Virus record (IMG/VR): IMGVR_UViG_3300020045_000192
Span: 1 to 35,722 of that record
Source: a virus
Lineage: Duplodnaviria > Caudoviricetes
Length of the DNA: 35,722 nt
Reading direction: 5' to 3' (one strand)
Part shown: positions 25,855-34,421 of the stretch, piece by piece
How positions within the stretch are numbered: the stretch's first letter is position 1
Layout of the letters: each line of letters begins with the position of its first letter
Program-made: the position numbers and the translations under genes
The notes under the pieces: generated by a model
Databases searched by the model: none
What the model saw: only the letters and a program-made list of their open reading frames with translations
Told to the model about the DNA's origin: nothing

Positions 25855-26048
25855 TCTGCTTCCCCTTGTGTAGCCAGCCACTTTTGGAACTTAGCTTGTT
25901 TTGCTTCTTCTGCGGCTACTTTAGCCAATCGAGCAGTTTCTTCAACTTGCCACGTAGCGTATTGCACAGCAGCAGCTTCTTGCTCCTGTTGCGTCAATGC
26001 AACCACTTCTTGTTGACCCGTTGCAAGGTCTACAACGATGCGATTCAT
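25851..26048 (-). CDS. Small helical protein (putative fibre chaperone)
   Basis: MNRIVVDLATGQQEVVALT..E; ATGA-coupled on both sides. Confidence 0.6.
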   Translation of the reverse strand: MNRIVVDLATGQQEVVALTQQEQEAAAVQYATWQVEETARLAKVAAEEAKQAKFQKWLATQGEAE

Positions 26049-26449
26049 GCTGACAATGCACGAAGTTGTGCAGTAGTTGCGCAAGCATCAACCAAGCCTG
26101 TAACGTCACGCAGGCGCTGCTTCTCAGCCACGATAGCTGTGGTGTCTGCACCTGATTCCAAAGCACGTTGGAACAACACATCTTGAGCAGCCAACAGAGG
26201 CTCACGGTCAGCGCGGAGGCGAGCCTTGGTGATCTCTTTAGCTTTGTCGAGATTGACAATCACAACACCGTTAGCGAGTTCCCATGCGTTGAAAAAGTCA
26301 TTGTCTGCTTGAGGCAGCTCTGAGTCTTGAATGATGATTGAAGTCGATGGGGTGTCTTTAGCTTTAACAGTGTGAATGTCAAGTTCGCCTGTGGGGATGC
26401 AGACGCTCACGCCGCCGTTGCTGTTTGTGAAGATGATTACTTGTGCCAT
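26045..26449 (-). CDS. Tail fibre assembly chaperone-like protein
   Basis: R..REPLL...DV.F.RALE...KQRLRDVT. Confidence 0.7.
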   Translation of the reverse strand: MAQVIIFTNSNGGVSVCIPTGELDIHTVKAKDTPSTSIIIQDSELPQADNDFFNAWELANGVVIVNLDKAKEITKARLRADREPLLAAQDVLFQRALESGADTTAIVAEKQRLRDVTGLVDACATTAQLRALSA

Positions 26450-26470
26450 GGTTGTGATCCCTATTAAAAA

Positions 26471-26869
26471 TTAGTTGCCAAAGATTGCCACAGATACATA
26501 ATCTGGGTCAGTCGGTGTCCATGATTCATTCAACGTATAAATGCGTAACTGCGTTGTTGTATGGGTGCTTGCATTATGTCTTTCAGTAATGACAATTGCA
26601 CTTGTCGTCAACCTACCACCACCAAACGTTGCTGAGTAATTAGCATCACTGAGCGCAGTAGAAAAGTTGATTGTGTAGTCACCAGTGCCGTTGTCAGTAA
26701 TCGAGCTGACGTTGTAGCTTGAACGGATAGCTACTGTGCCAGTGCCGTTGAAGTTCACCCAAGCCAAAGCATTGGTGGTCACACCGTTCGATTGAAGTTT
26801 CATCACTCCAGAGCCATCAGCGGTCTGGACAATGCCGTTTGTAGGGGATGCGTTAATAATTGTTGTCAT
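26471..26869 (-). CDS. Small fibre module, paralog 2
   Basis: AWVNFNGTGTVAIRSSYNVSSITDNGTGDYTINF. Confidence 0.75.
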   Translation of the reverse strand: MTTIINASPTNGIVQTADGSGVMKLQSNGVTTNALAWVNFNGTGTVAIRSSYNVSSITDNGTGDYTINFSTALSDANYSATFGGGRLTTSAIVITERHNASTHTTTQLRIYTLNESWTPTDPDYVSVAIFGN

Positions 26870-26882
26870 GCTGATTTACCTA

Positions 26883-27272
26883 TTAACGGAATACCGCGTA
26901 TTCAACATACACAGCATCTTGATACGCGTTTAAATATGTTGAAGTAGCAACGCGAATGCCTGTAGTTGTTGGAGCCACTCCAGGGTAAGCGCTGGTAAAC
27001 ATGGCAAAACTAGCATTTGAAGCCATACCTTGTGCGCTGTAATTAGCATCAGGCAGCGCAGTAGTGAAGTTAATCGTGTAATCACCAGTTCCGTTATCCG
27101 TGATGCTTGATACGTTGAACGATCCACGAATTGCAACAGTACCTGTACCGTTGAAGTTCACCCAAGCGCGGCACAGCGTACCCGTCTGAGTACCATTGCC
27201 ATCATTAAACTGAGGCGGTGTTCCAGCAGTGCTTGATTGCACCACATCTGTTAAAACCGAACCGTATGTCAT
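26883..27272 (-). CDS. Small fibre module, paralog 1
   Basis: AWVNFNGTGTVAIRGSFNVSSITDNGTGDYTINF. Confidence 0.75.
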   Translation of the reverse strand: MTYGSVLTDVVQSSTAGTPPQFNDGNGTQTGTLCRAWVNFNGTGTVAIRGSFNVSSITDNGTGDYTINFTTALPDANYSAQGMASNASFAMFTSAYPGVAPTTTGIRVATSTYLNAYQDAVYVEYAVFR

Positions 27273-27281
27273 ATTCTTTCC

Positions 27282-27737
27282 TTACAAAATAACCCAACGG
27301 CTACCGTCTGGGATTGTCACAGTCACGCCACTATCAATCGAGATAGGGCCAACACTGCTAGCGCTTCTACCTGTCGTGATAGTGTAATCATCAGTGATTG
27401 TCATGTTGTTCTCAAACATACAGTTGTTTGCGCCCATGTAGGCGGCTGTTGTCTGACTTGTGCCATCAGCAAAGTTAATGCTTCCACCAACGTCTAAATT
27501 ACCAGTAAGAGTTAAATCATTGGTAATTTCAATTGTGTCAGTAACAGTCAAATTTGCAATGCTAACGTTTTGGCTGGCATCAATGTTCAAAGCATCCAAA
27601 CCGCCAGTTTGCAACGCAAGTGTTGTGCCATTCAATATGCCGCTGAATGATTCACCATCATAAACAGCAGAGTTAACGTCATTGAGCCATGCAGCAACAA
27701 TAACCGTTTGATTGTCAATAAACGTGGTCGATGCCAT
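27282..27737 (-). CDS. Short fibre base/adaptor protein
   Basis: N-terminal F.D..T.I.A.WLNDVN anchor; C-terminal SVGPISI.SGVTVTIP.GSRWVIL. Confidence 0.7.
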   Translation of the reverse strand: MASTTFIDNQTVIVAAWLNDVNSAVYDGESFSGILNGTTLALQTGGLDALNIDASQNVSIANLTVTDTIEITNDLTLTGNLDVGGSINFADGTSQTTAAYMGANNCMFENNMTITDDYTITTGRSASSVGPISIDSGVTVTIPDGSRWVIL

Positions 27738-27746
27738 GTCAGTTCC

Positions 27747-28727
27747 TTAGATAAAGCCGCCAGTGAGAATCCAGCCAGCGTCTTTGGCTTTGTTGACCAA
27801 AAGAGCGTCAGGATAACGAGCCGTTTGAAGTGGCGACATATTGGTTCGTTTCAACGTAGCTTTTGCTTGTGCAGCGTAAGCGTTAATCATTTGAATCTGT
27901 GTGCCGTTTACTTTGCCATACATAGGCATCAAACGTTCAGCCAAGCACCAGCGCAACGCCATTGAATAGCCTTGCGGTAAGCTGACTTCTTCATAAAGAT
28001 TTCCGTAGCGTGTAAACAAAGTGTTTGCAAACAAGTGCATTTCACCCTGAGAAGGGCTAGGCCAGACAAACAAGTTGCCTGAATCTTCATTTGGGTTGTA
28101 GTAAATCGCTTTGGGCCAAGGACCGTTCAACGTCTTCAGACCAATCATTTGATAGTCTTGAAGCGCCAGCACAGAAATTGGGTAGTCCAAACCGCCGCTG
28201 TTGATTGGCTGACCGTTAGACGTTGTGTTTACACGAACAAACGCAGAATCAATGCTCAAAGGCTTTTGATAATTGGCAGTGATGGTCGTAGCAGCCACAG
28301 TTTGTGGGATGTTTACGCGATAAGTACCAGCTTCAATGACGTTACCGCCAGCGCCTGTGATGCTGCGAATAATCTTTGTGCCTGACACAATGCCGCCACC
28401 ACTTAGCAACTGACCTTGTGCCACGGCGCCTGAGTTGACGCTTGTGACGGTCAGAATGTCGCCAGCAATTGAACCTTCAAAAGAAGCGCCAATGAAGTTG
28501 GTGGTTTCTGGGTACGGGCCAAGACTGTATTGGACTTGGTTTTGAATGACAGGGAAAATGATTTCGGTTACGTTGAAAACCATCATGTTCTCGTTTGACC
28601 ACTGGTCAACCAAGTCATTCATCATTTCAAAAGCGTCTTGGGCGGCTTCAGGCGTGGGTGTTTCACCAGCTTCTAATGCGCCAATGTCTTTTAATGCCCT
28701 GCTAATGATTTCAATTGGCTTTGTCAT
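27747..28727 (-). CDS. Head-tail adaptor (P22 gp4-like) with inserted beta-domain
   Basis: II.RAL..IG.L.AGETP...A.DA....ND..DQW; LPQGY..AL...LA..L.P.YG. Confidence 0.75.
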   Translation of the reverse strand: MTKPIEIISRALKDIGALEAGETPTPEAAQDAFEMMNDLVDQWSNENMMVFNVTEIIFPVIQNQVQYSLGPYPETTNFIGASFEGSIAGDILTVTSVNSGAVAQGQLLSGGGIVSGTKIIRSITGAGGNVIEAGTYRVNIPQTVAATTITANYQKPLSIDSAFVRVNTTSNGQPINSGGLDYPISVLALQDYQMIGLKTLNGPWPKAIYYNPNEDSGNLFVWPSPSQGEMHLFANTLFTRYGNLYEEVSLPQGYSMALRWCLAERLMPMYGKVNGTQIQMINAYAAQAKATLKRTNMSPLQTARYPDALLVNKAKDAGWILTGGFI

Positions 28728-29035
28728 TTCATATCCAATGTGAAGACCTGTGGAACCCAGGGCGGCAAGACTTTCTGTGTCTTCAATGCTTCAAGCTGTT
28801 CCGTTAGGCATGATTCTATGATATTTTTGCCGTATTGAACAGCCTCTTGCTTAATCCAGCCAGCCACAGTTTGCTCTGTCACTTCTTCAAAAGGCACAGA
28901 CAAAACAGGGTCGCCAAACTTCCAATGGCCTTCTGTTTCCACAGTCTTACCATCTTCTGACAGCGTAACGTGGTATTTCGCTTGAGTAATCAAACCATCT
29001 TTGGCTTGAATTTCAAGAATTTTCCATTCAAACAT
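28724..29035 (-). CDS. Conserved fibre-associated small protein
   Basis: WKI.......I....Y...PF.EVTE..V..W...LPPW. Confidence 0.65.
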   Translation of the reverse strand: MFEWKILEIQAKDGLITQAKYHVTLSEDGKTVETEGHWKFGDPVLSVPFEEVTEQTVAGWIKQEAVQYGKNIIESCLTEQLEALKTQKVLPPWVPQVFTLDMK

Positions 29036-29044
29036 GGCTTTCCT

Positions 29045-31744
29045 TTATAAAACAACCCAACGCGAACCGCTTGGCACTGTTACCGTTTGCCCTGAAGCAA
29101 TTGATACTGGACCAGCAGACATGGCGCTTGAACCGCTTGGGATTGAATAGCTTGCGGCAACCGTTTGGCTGTTAATCACAATGCCATTCGTTGCGTTGAC
29201 CAAAGCACCTGTCACCGTACCGCTTGCGGTCACGTTTGTGGAACTCAAAGTTCCTGTGCTTGGGTTGTATTGCAGCTTGGTTGACGATACATCTTCACCA
29301 GTGATTGTGCCTGTCGTTGCACTTGTGAAAGTCAAATAGCGCGTAGCGTTGGTCGTTGTGTCATCAGTGATTGTGATGCCAGTTACAGGCGCAGCAGCCC
29401 AAGATGGCACACCAGCCGCCAACGTCAAGATTTGACCGTTAGAGCCAGCCGCCAACATGGTTGTAGAGCCTGAACTTGCCTGATAAGGCAAAGAGCCAGC
29501 AGCACCGCCAGCCAAGTTTGTGGCTGTGGTTGCGCTTGTCGCTGTTGCCGCATTTCCACCAATTGAAAGGCTTGAAGCCGTACCTGTCAAACCAGTACCA
29601 GCACCAGTAAAGCTGGTTGACGTTAAAACGCCCGTGGATGGGTTGAATTGGTACTTGGTAGAGCTGACATACTCAGTTGATGCAGCGCCTGTTGTAGCGT
29701 CTGCAAACAACGGATAGCGCGTGGCATTTGTGGTTGTGTCATCAACAATCGTGATGGCTGACGCTGGCGTTGTCCAAGTTGGGGCGCTTGAACCGTTTGA
29801 GGTTAAAACCTGACCAGTTGTTCCAGCACTGCTAAATGCGTAAGCAGTACCAGTTCCATAGGGAACAGCACCAGCAGTAGGCGTAGCAGAACCATTTGTG
29901 CCGCCTTGTGCAATGCTTAACGTTCCGATAATGTGCGTTGTTTCCGTAGAAATAAACTGCACAGAAACTAGCAAAGTTCCAATTGAAGGGTTTGCGCGAA
30001 TAATCACGCCGACTTGAACTGCATAGTATGGATTGCTTGGCTCTGTCGCTGTAAACGCCCCTGGCGTAGTTGGCGAAATAAACACAGCCTGACCATCAGT
30101 AAATGCTGAAGTGTCTAATCCGTTTACCAAGCCAGAAATGGTTGCATAACCAAATCCGTTATCTGCAATGTCTGTGGTTGTGACACCAATAATGTCAGAA
30201 GTGGCAAACGATGTGGCAATTGCCAACGCAATGGTTGGTGTGTTGCCTGTTGCTCCATTGACATATACAACAGAGCCGTTTGGAATGTCAGCACCTGTCT
30301 GATTTCTTACTCGAACAATGCTTTCCTGCCCGATATTCACGGACATTTGCGAGTTGTCGTTGTAATAGTTCAGCGTGTGGGCTGTTGAATCATAGAAAAC
30401 ACGGCCTTCAGCGTAGGTTGGCGCTGCGGATGGCGTGTAAGCTGTGTAATCAGAAACAGTTGGGTTATTCAGCGTGGCAGCAGTAGCCAAGGCAACAACA
30501 GTGCCTGTGCCAGTTGTGGAATATGAAGTTCCCCAAGCTGTGCCTGTTGAAAGTGGGATGCCTGTTCCTGGATAAACCATAGGCGCAGCGTTTGAAATGC
30601 TAACAGCAGCAGAACCGTTGTAGGTTGATGAAGATGCTGTAATTCCAGAACCAAACGTTAGGTTGTATAAGTTACCACCCAAAGAAACGCCAGAAATGGT
30701 GCTGTTTGCCAATTGAGCATTGGAAATCGTGCCACTCAAATCAGTTGTTGGGATGCTGGAAACTGCTGTCAAAGCAGATGTTCCACTTCCTTTAACGTAA
30801 CCTGTTAATGTTGTTGCACCTGTACCACCATAAGCAACGTCAACGGTTGTTGCGTTCCATGTGCCAGTTGAAACTGTGCCAACACCTGTAATGCCAGTGT
30901 AAGAACCAGACAATCGAGCAGAATCAATCGTTCCCGATGTGATTTGAGTTCCAGCAATAGCAATGTCTTGGTCTGTCAGGCTGGTCAATTGACCTTGTGC
31001 GTTAACAGTAGCCGTGACGGTCTTTGACGCAGAACCTTTGGTTGCCGCAGTAACGCCTGTGTCGGTAATGCTGAACGTATTAGCGGCAAGGCTCAAGCCT
31101 GTGCCAGCGTAATAAGTGCCAGTTCCTGAGAATTGAACAAACGTGATTGCGGTGACGTTAATCGTGCCAATGTCGGCAGAATTAGAAACCCAACCAGTGT
31201 TGATGTTGGCAAAGCCGTTCAGGATTACGGTGTAGGCGCCTGGCACTTCTGACCACACATCCATATCGGTTGCGCGTGTCCAAGTGCTTGAACCAGCAAT
31301 GTAAATGCCGTTCTGTGACTGTGTGCTTTGATTCTTGACCAGAACACGGTCACCAGCCAATGTGGTGTAGGTGTCAATGGTCTGCAATCCAGACAAAGTA
31401 ATGTCTGCGGTTGTAGCGCATTTGACAGCTTGCTTCGGGTTTAGCCCTTGAGCGACTGCATCCACATATTGCTTATTGACAATATCCGTGTTGGCAGAAG
31501 GCGCAGTGGAAATCGTGCCAGTTGTCGTTGCAACGTTAGAAAACACGCCAGTTGAAGGCGTTGTCGCCCCAATTGTCGTGCTGTCAATCGTGCTGTTTGT
31601 GATGTGCAGACCTGATTGGTCTGGGTCCACAGTCGCATAAAACGGCTGTCCCTGACCAATGAAGGTTTGAAATTCACCGTCAACGTCAAAATACGCCTGA
31701 ACAGGCAGTAAGTTTTGGTTTTCTGATTCGGCGGGGTCAGCCAT
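29045..31744 (-). CDS. Long Thr/Gly/Ser-rich fibre protein (899 aa)
   Basis: NKQYVD..AQGL..K..V..ATTA.I.LSG.QTID...GDRVLVKNQ...QNGIY domain; GGTG repeats; duplicated DDTTTNATRY unit. Confidence 0.85.
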   Translation of the reverse strand: MADPAESENQNLLPVQAYFDVDGEFQTFIGQGQPFYATVDPDQSGLHITNSTIDSTTIGATTPSTGVFSNVATTTGTISTAPSANTDIVNKQYVDAVAQGLNPKQAVKCATTADITLSGLQTIDTYTTLAGDRVLVKNQSTQSQNGIYIAGSSTWTRATDMDVWSEVPGAYTVILNGFANINTGWVSNSADIGTINVTAITFVQFSGTGTYYAGTGLSLAANTFSITDTGVTAATKGSASKTVTATVNAQGQLTSLTDQDIAIAGTQITSGTIDSARLSGSYTGITGVGTVSTGTWNATTVDVAYGGTGATTLTGYVKGSGTSALTAVSSIPTTDLSGTISNAQLANSTISGVSLGGNLYNLTFGSGITASSSTYNGSAAVSISNAAPMVYPGTGIPLSTGTAWGTSYSTTGTGTVVALATAATLNNPTVSDYTAYTPSAAPTYAEGRVFYDSTAHTLNYYNDNSQMSVNIGQESIVRVRNQTGADIPNGSVVYVNGATGNTPTIALAIATSFATSDIIGVTTTDIADNGFGYATISGLVNGLDTSAFTDGQAVFISPTTPGAFTATEPSNPYYAVQVGVIIRANPSIGTLLVSVQFISTETTHIIGTLSIAQGGTNGSATPTAGAVPYGTGTAYAFSSAGTTGQVLTSNGSSAPTWTTPASAITIVDDTTTNATRYPLFADATTGAASTEYVSSTKYQFNPSTGVLTSTSFTGAGTGLTGTASSLSIGGNAATATSATTATNLAGGAAGSLPYQASSGSTTMLAAGSNGQILTLAAGVPSWAAAPVTGITITDDTTTNATRYLTFTSATTGTITGEDVSSTKLQYNPSTGTLSSTNVTASGTVTGALVNATNGIVINSQTVAASYSIPSGSSAMSAGPVSIASGQTVTVPSGSRWVVL

Positions 31745-31753
31745 AAAGCCCCC

Positions 31754-32089
31754 TTAAAAAGCGATTGGGGTAACGTAAACGATAGAAGGGCCAGCAGCCG
31801 AACCAATCATTCGCACATAAGTGGGAGTTGTTGGAACTGCAAACAGAATCGCGTCATTCATCGAAGGTGGCAACACAAAGTCACCAGTTGTTGAGCCACT
31901 TACTGGCAAAACAGGAGCGCCAACACCAGTTGGACCAAATTTCACCGCAACGCTGGTTGCACCAGTGTTAATCAGGGAAACGTAGTTACATTGAATGTTT
32001 GGATTGTTGTTGACCAAAGCCTCAGAAGTGGCTGTTGCGCCAGTAGAGACTGCAACCGTTGGACCGACTACACGGAAAGGAGTAGACAT
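31754..32089 (-). CDS. Small beta-rich virion protein
   Basis: AAAGGA RBS; lies in the structural operon. Confidence 0.65.
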   Translation of the reverse strand: MSTPFRVVGPTVAVSTGATATSEALVNNNPNIQCNYVSLINTGATSVAVKFGPTGVGAPVLPVSGSTTGDFVLPPSMNDAILFAVPTTPTYVRMIGSAAGPSIVYVTPIAF

Positions 32090-32118
32090 AGATTTTCCTT
32101 TGCAAAGATGGGCTGATT

Positions 32119-32781
32119 TTACCTATTTCGCAGGTAATTTCCTAGATGCCCTTGAAAGATTTTATACCCAACATGGCCCATAGCCATTTCAGGGTCAATC
32201 CACACTTGACCGCCAATCTTTCGCCAGCGAATACAGAAACTGTAATCTTCACCCCATTTGTAGCCATCCTCAAAGATATGGTCAAACAAAGGATAGAACT
32301 GTTTGTCACGCTCTGCGGTGTAAAAGTGGCGTTCAGGGTACTCAGCAATCATGCGTTCAATGCAATTGCGGCTGATTTTCATAAACCCTGTTGGTACTGA
32401 CTTCACTTCAAGCAAGCCCGTGTTTGGGTCTGCCCACAGTTCTTTTTTGTCAAGATAATGCAATTGATAGTTGACTGGGTCACGGCGACCAGGGTAGATG
32501 CCAGCCACCAAGTCAACAGGAGCGTCAACCAGCTTGAGCAAAGCACCAGCCTGCCAAGTCACATCCGAATCAATAAAAATCAATTGATCACAGTCTGATT
32601 CCCAAAAGCGCGTGGCAATAATGCCTCGGCTGTCAGCAATTAGCGCGTTGCCAATGTCATCAACTAGCGTGAATCTGTCGCCCCTTTTGACCAGTTCCAA
32701 CGTATCGTTGAGCAAGGAACGCATTGTTCCCATGTGTACCGTTCCCGTGTAAGCAGGAATGGCAATCATTACGTGTTTCAT
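32119..32781 (-). CDS. Glycosyltransferase (GT-A fold)
   Basis: VMIAIPAY, FIDSD (DxD), TGFMKI.R, GEDYSFC.RW...GG..W.D and HVG motifs. Confidence 0.8.
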   Translation of the reverse strand: MKHVMIAIPAYTGTVHMGTMRSLLNDTLELVKRGDRFTLVDDIGNALIADSRGIIATRFWESDCDQLIFIDSDVTWQAGALLKLVDAPVDLVAGIYPGRRDPVNYQLHYLDKKELWADPNTGLLEVKSVPTGFMKISRNCIERMIAEYPERHFYTAERDKQFYPLFDHIFEDGYKWGEDYSFCIRWRKIGGQVWIDPEMAMGHVGYKIFQGHLGNYLRNR

Positions 32782-32795
32782 TCTTTTTCCTTCTC

Positions 32796-32832
32796 AAAAA
32801 GAAACGCCACCCGATTTTACTCAGGTGGCGTT
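32796..32832 (-). terminator. Rho-independent terminator after the capsid genes
   Basis: AACGCCACCTGA-GTAAAA-TCGGGTGGCGTT followed by TCTTTTT. Confidence 0.8.
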
Positions 32833-32851
32833 AAGGCAACTGCTTAAAAAA

Positions 32852-33085
32852 TTAAGCGGTCAAACCAACGTTCTGCAAAGCAGTGATGATGGCATTAGTT
32901 GCGGCAACAAACTCAGCAGTTGATGGGGCAGCGGTCAATGCGGTGATTGCGCCTGCTTGTGCAACTGGAGTAGTACCGTAAAAACCCACCAGACCGCCAG
33001 AAGCGCCAACGAGTGCGCCATCAGCAGCGTTACCGTTCAACAGGTAAATAGGGGTTTGGGTTGATGCTGGTCCTGGATTAGACAT
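32852..33085 (-). CDS. Putative capsid decoration protein
   Basis: Follows the coat gene; GFYGTTPV.Q...I..AL...GL. Confidence 0.65.
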   Translation of the reverse strand: MSNPGPASTQTPIYLLNGNAADGALVGASGGLVGFYGTTPVAQAGAITALTAAPSTAEFVAATNAIITALQNVGLTA

Positions 33086-33116
33086 GATATTTCCTTAAAA
33101 AGTTTGATTTAGAAAT

Positions 33117-33132
33117 GGGGGGCGAACCCCCC
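33117..33132 (-). other. GGGGGG-UUCG-CCCCCC hairpin after the coat gene (weak terminator or stabiliser)
   Basis: Perfect 6-bp GC stem with a poor U-tract. Confidence 0.55.
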
Positions 33133-33140
33133 AAGACTGA

Positions 33141-34397
33141 TTAGGATGCAACGCGGCAAGCCAATTCAGGGTACAGAGGCGCCCAACCGTACAACACATC
33201 CAAACGAGTTGGGATGCTGTCGTTGTTGATCGTGTACTGACGAACCACGCGCATTGACAAACCAATTTCCTTGTCGCTTGCACGACCAGCAAAATGCACG
33301 CCTTCTGGCAATTCCAAATCGGCTACTGCCAAAGTGAAAGCGTTTTTGTGCATGATGATGTTCTGAGCAGACACCACACCAGTTTTGTTGAACTGGGTCA
33401 CGGCAGCAGAGCTAGAAGTTGTTGGGATTGTCACGTTCTGGAATTGACCAGCAGTGATAACGGCAGGCGACACAACCACGTTGGCAGACGAACCAGAGCT
33501 GATTGCAACGGTTGTTTTCACAACGAAGTTACGCAGCTTGTTCGAGCCGTAGGCTTGACGGTTCTGTGGGTTGACAGCATACACGCCATCAATCGTGAAA
33601 ACGTCACCAGCGTTCAAGTTGATGATACCTGTGTTGGCGGCAGTCATGCTGATAGTGGAGCTAGAAGCCCAACCAGAAGTCAAGAAGCCAGTGCCAGTTG
33701 TGGTGTTCACAGAAGCGGTCACGGTGTCGGTGCTGTTGTCACCGAAAGTTTGTGCCACAACGTTCTGGTCCAGTTTCCAGTTCATACCACCAGAATCACG
33801 GCCCATCAAACCTTTACGGTATTGAGAAGCGATGGCTTCTTGAGGAACGAACAAACCTTTCAAGCTGTTCACGATAGAAGCAGATGTGAAGGGTTCAACG
33901 ATACATGAACGGCGACCATCGCGTGGTGCGCCTTCGCTGTCGAGATAAGCGCCAGCGGTCAAGTAGGTCAGGAGTTCAGTAGGCACAACGCCAGCAGTAC
34001 CAACGATGTTGGCAGTTTGAGCCACAGCCATAGCCATACCGTCACGGTCAATCTTGTTGGCGATTGCAGCGATTGCAGGCTTCAACACGCGATCAGAGAA
34101 CATGTCCAAAGACAATGCCAAATCTTGGGTGGTGAACTGTGTGTCAACGTGGAATTGTGTCGAAAGGGTCACAGGCACGCTGGTTTCGTTGAAATCTTCA
34201 ACGTTCAGAGCGGGGCCAGTAGTACCGATGAAACGACCAGGCTTGCGAACGTTCACGGTGTTACCGATCTTAGCGCCCACGACAGCGAATTGGTCGTCAT
34301 AGTTGCGGTCAACTTCAGAAGTGAAGGTCAACTCGTTTTCCAAGACCATCAACGCTTCGTTGGTGATCTTGCTAATGGTCAATAAATTGTTTGACAT
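33141..34397 (-). CDS. Major capsid protein, P22 coat (gp5) family
   Basis: N.LLT...IT.EAL.VLEN.L, KIG.TV.VR.P, H..AF.LA..DL..P and RLDVLYG motifs. Confidence 0.93.
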   Translation of the reverse strand: MSNNLLTISKITNEALMVLENELTFTSEVDRNYDDQFAVVGAKIGNTVNVRKPGRFIGTTGPALNVEDFNETSVPVTLSTQFHVDTQFTTQDLALSLDMFSDRVLKPAIAAIANKIDRDGMAMAVAQTANIVGTAGVVPTELLTYLTAGAYLDSEGAPRDGRRSCIVEPFTSASIVNSLKGLFVPQEAIASQYRKGLMGRDSGGMNWKLDQNVVAQTFGDNSTDTVTASVNTTTGTGFLTSGWASSSTISMTAANTGIINLNAGDVFTIDGVYAVNPQNRQAYGSNKLRNFVVKTTVAISSGSSANVVVSPAVITAGQFQNVTIPTTSSSAAVTQFNKTGVVSAQNIIMHKNAFTLAVADLELPEGVHFAGRASDKEIGLSMRVVRQYTINNDSIPTRLDVLYGWAPLYPELACRVAS

Positions 34398-34421
34398 TTT
34401 TTGCTTTCAAAAAGATTAGGT

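Noticed and set aside
26471-27272. Possible DGR template/variable repeat pair
   Set aside because: No reverse transcriptase in the genome; differences are synonymous and not adenine-specific; both copies are intact ORFs
29240-29760. Duplicated DDTTTNATRY...SSTK..NPSTG unit as a mobile or CRISPR-like repeat
   Set aside because: Degenerate in-frame protein repeat, normal for fibres
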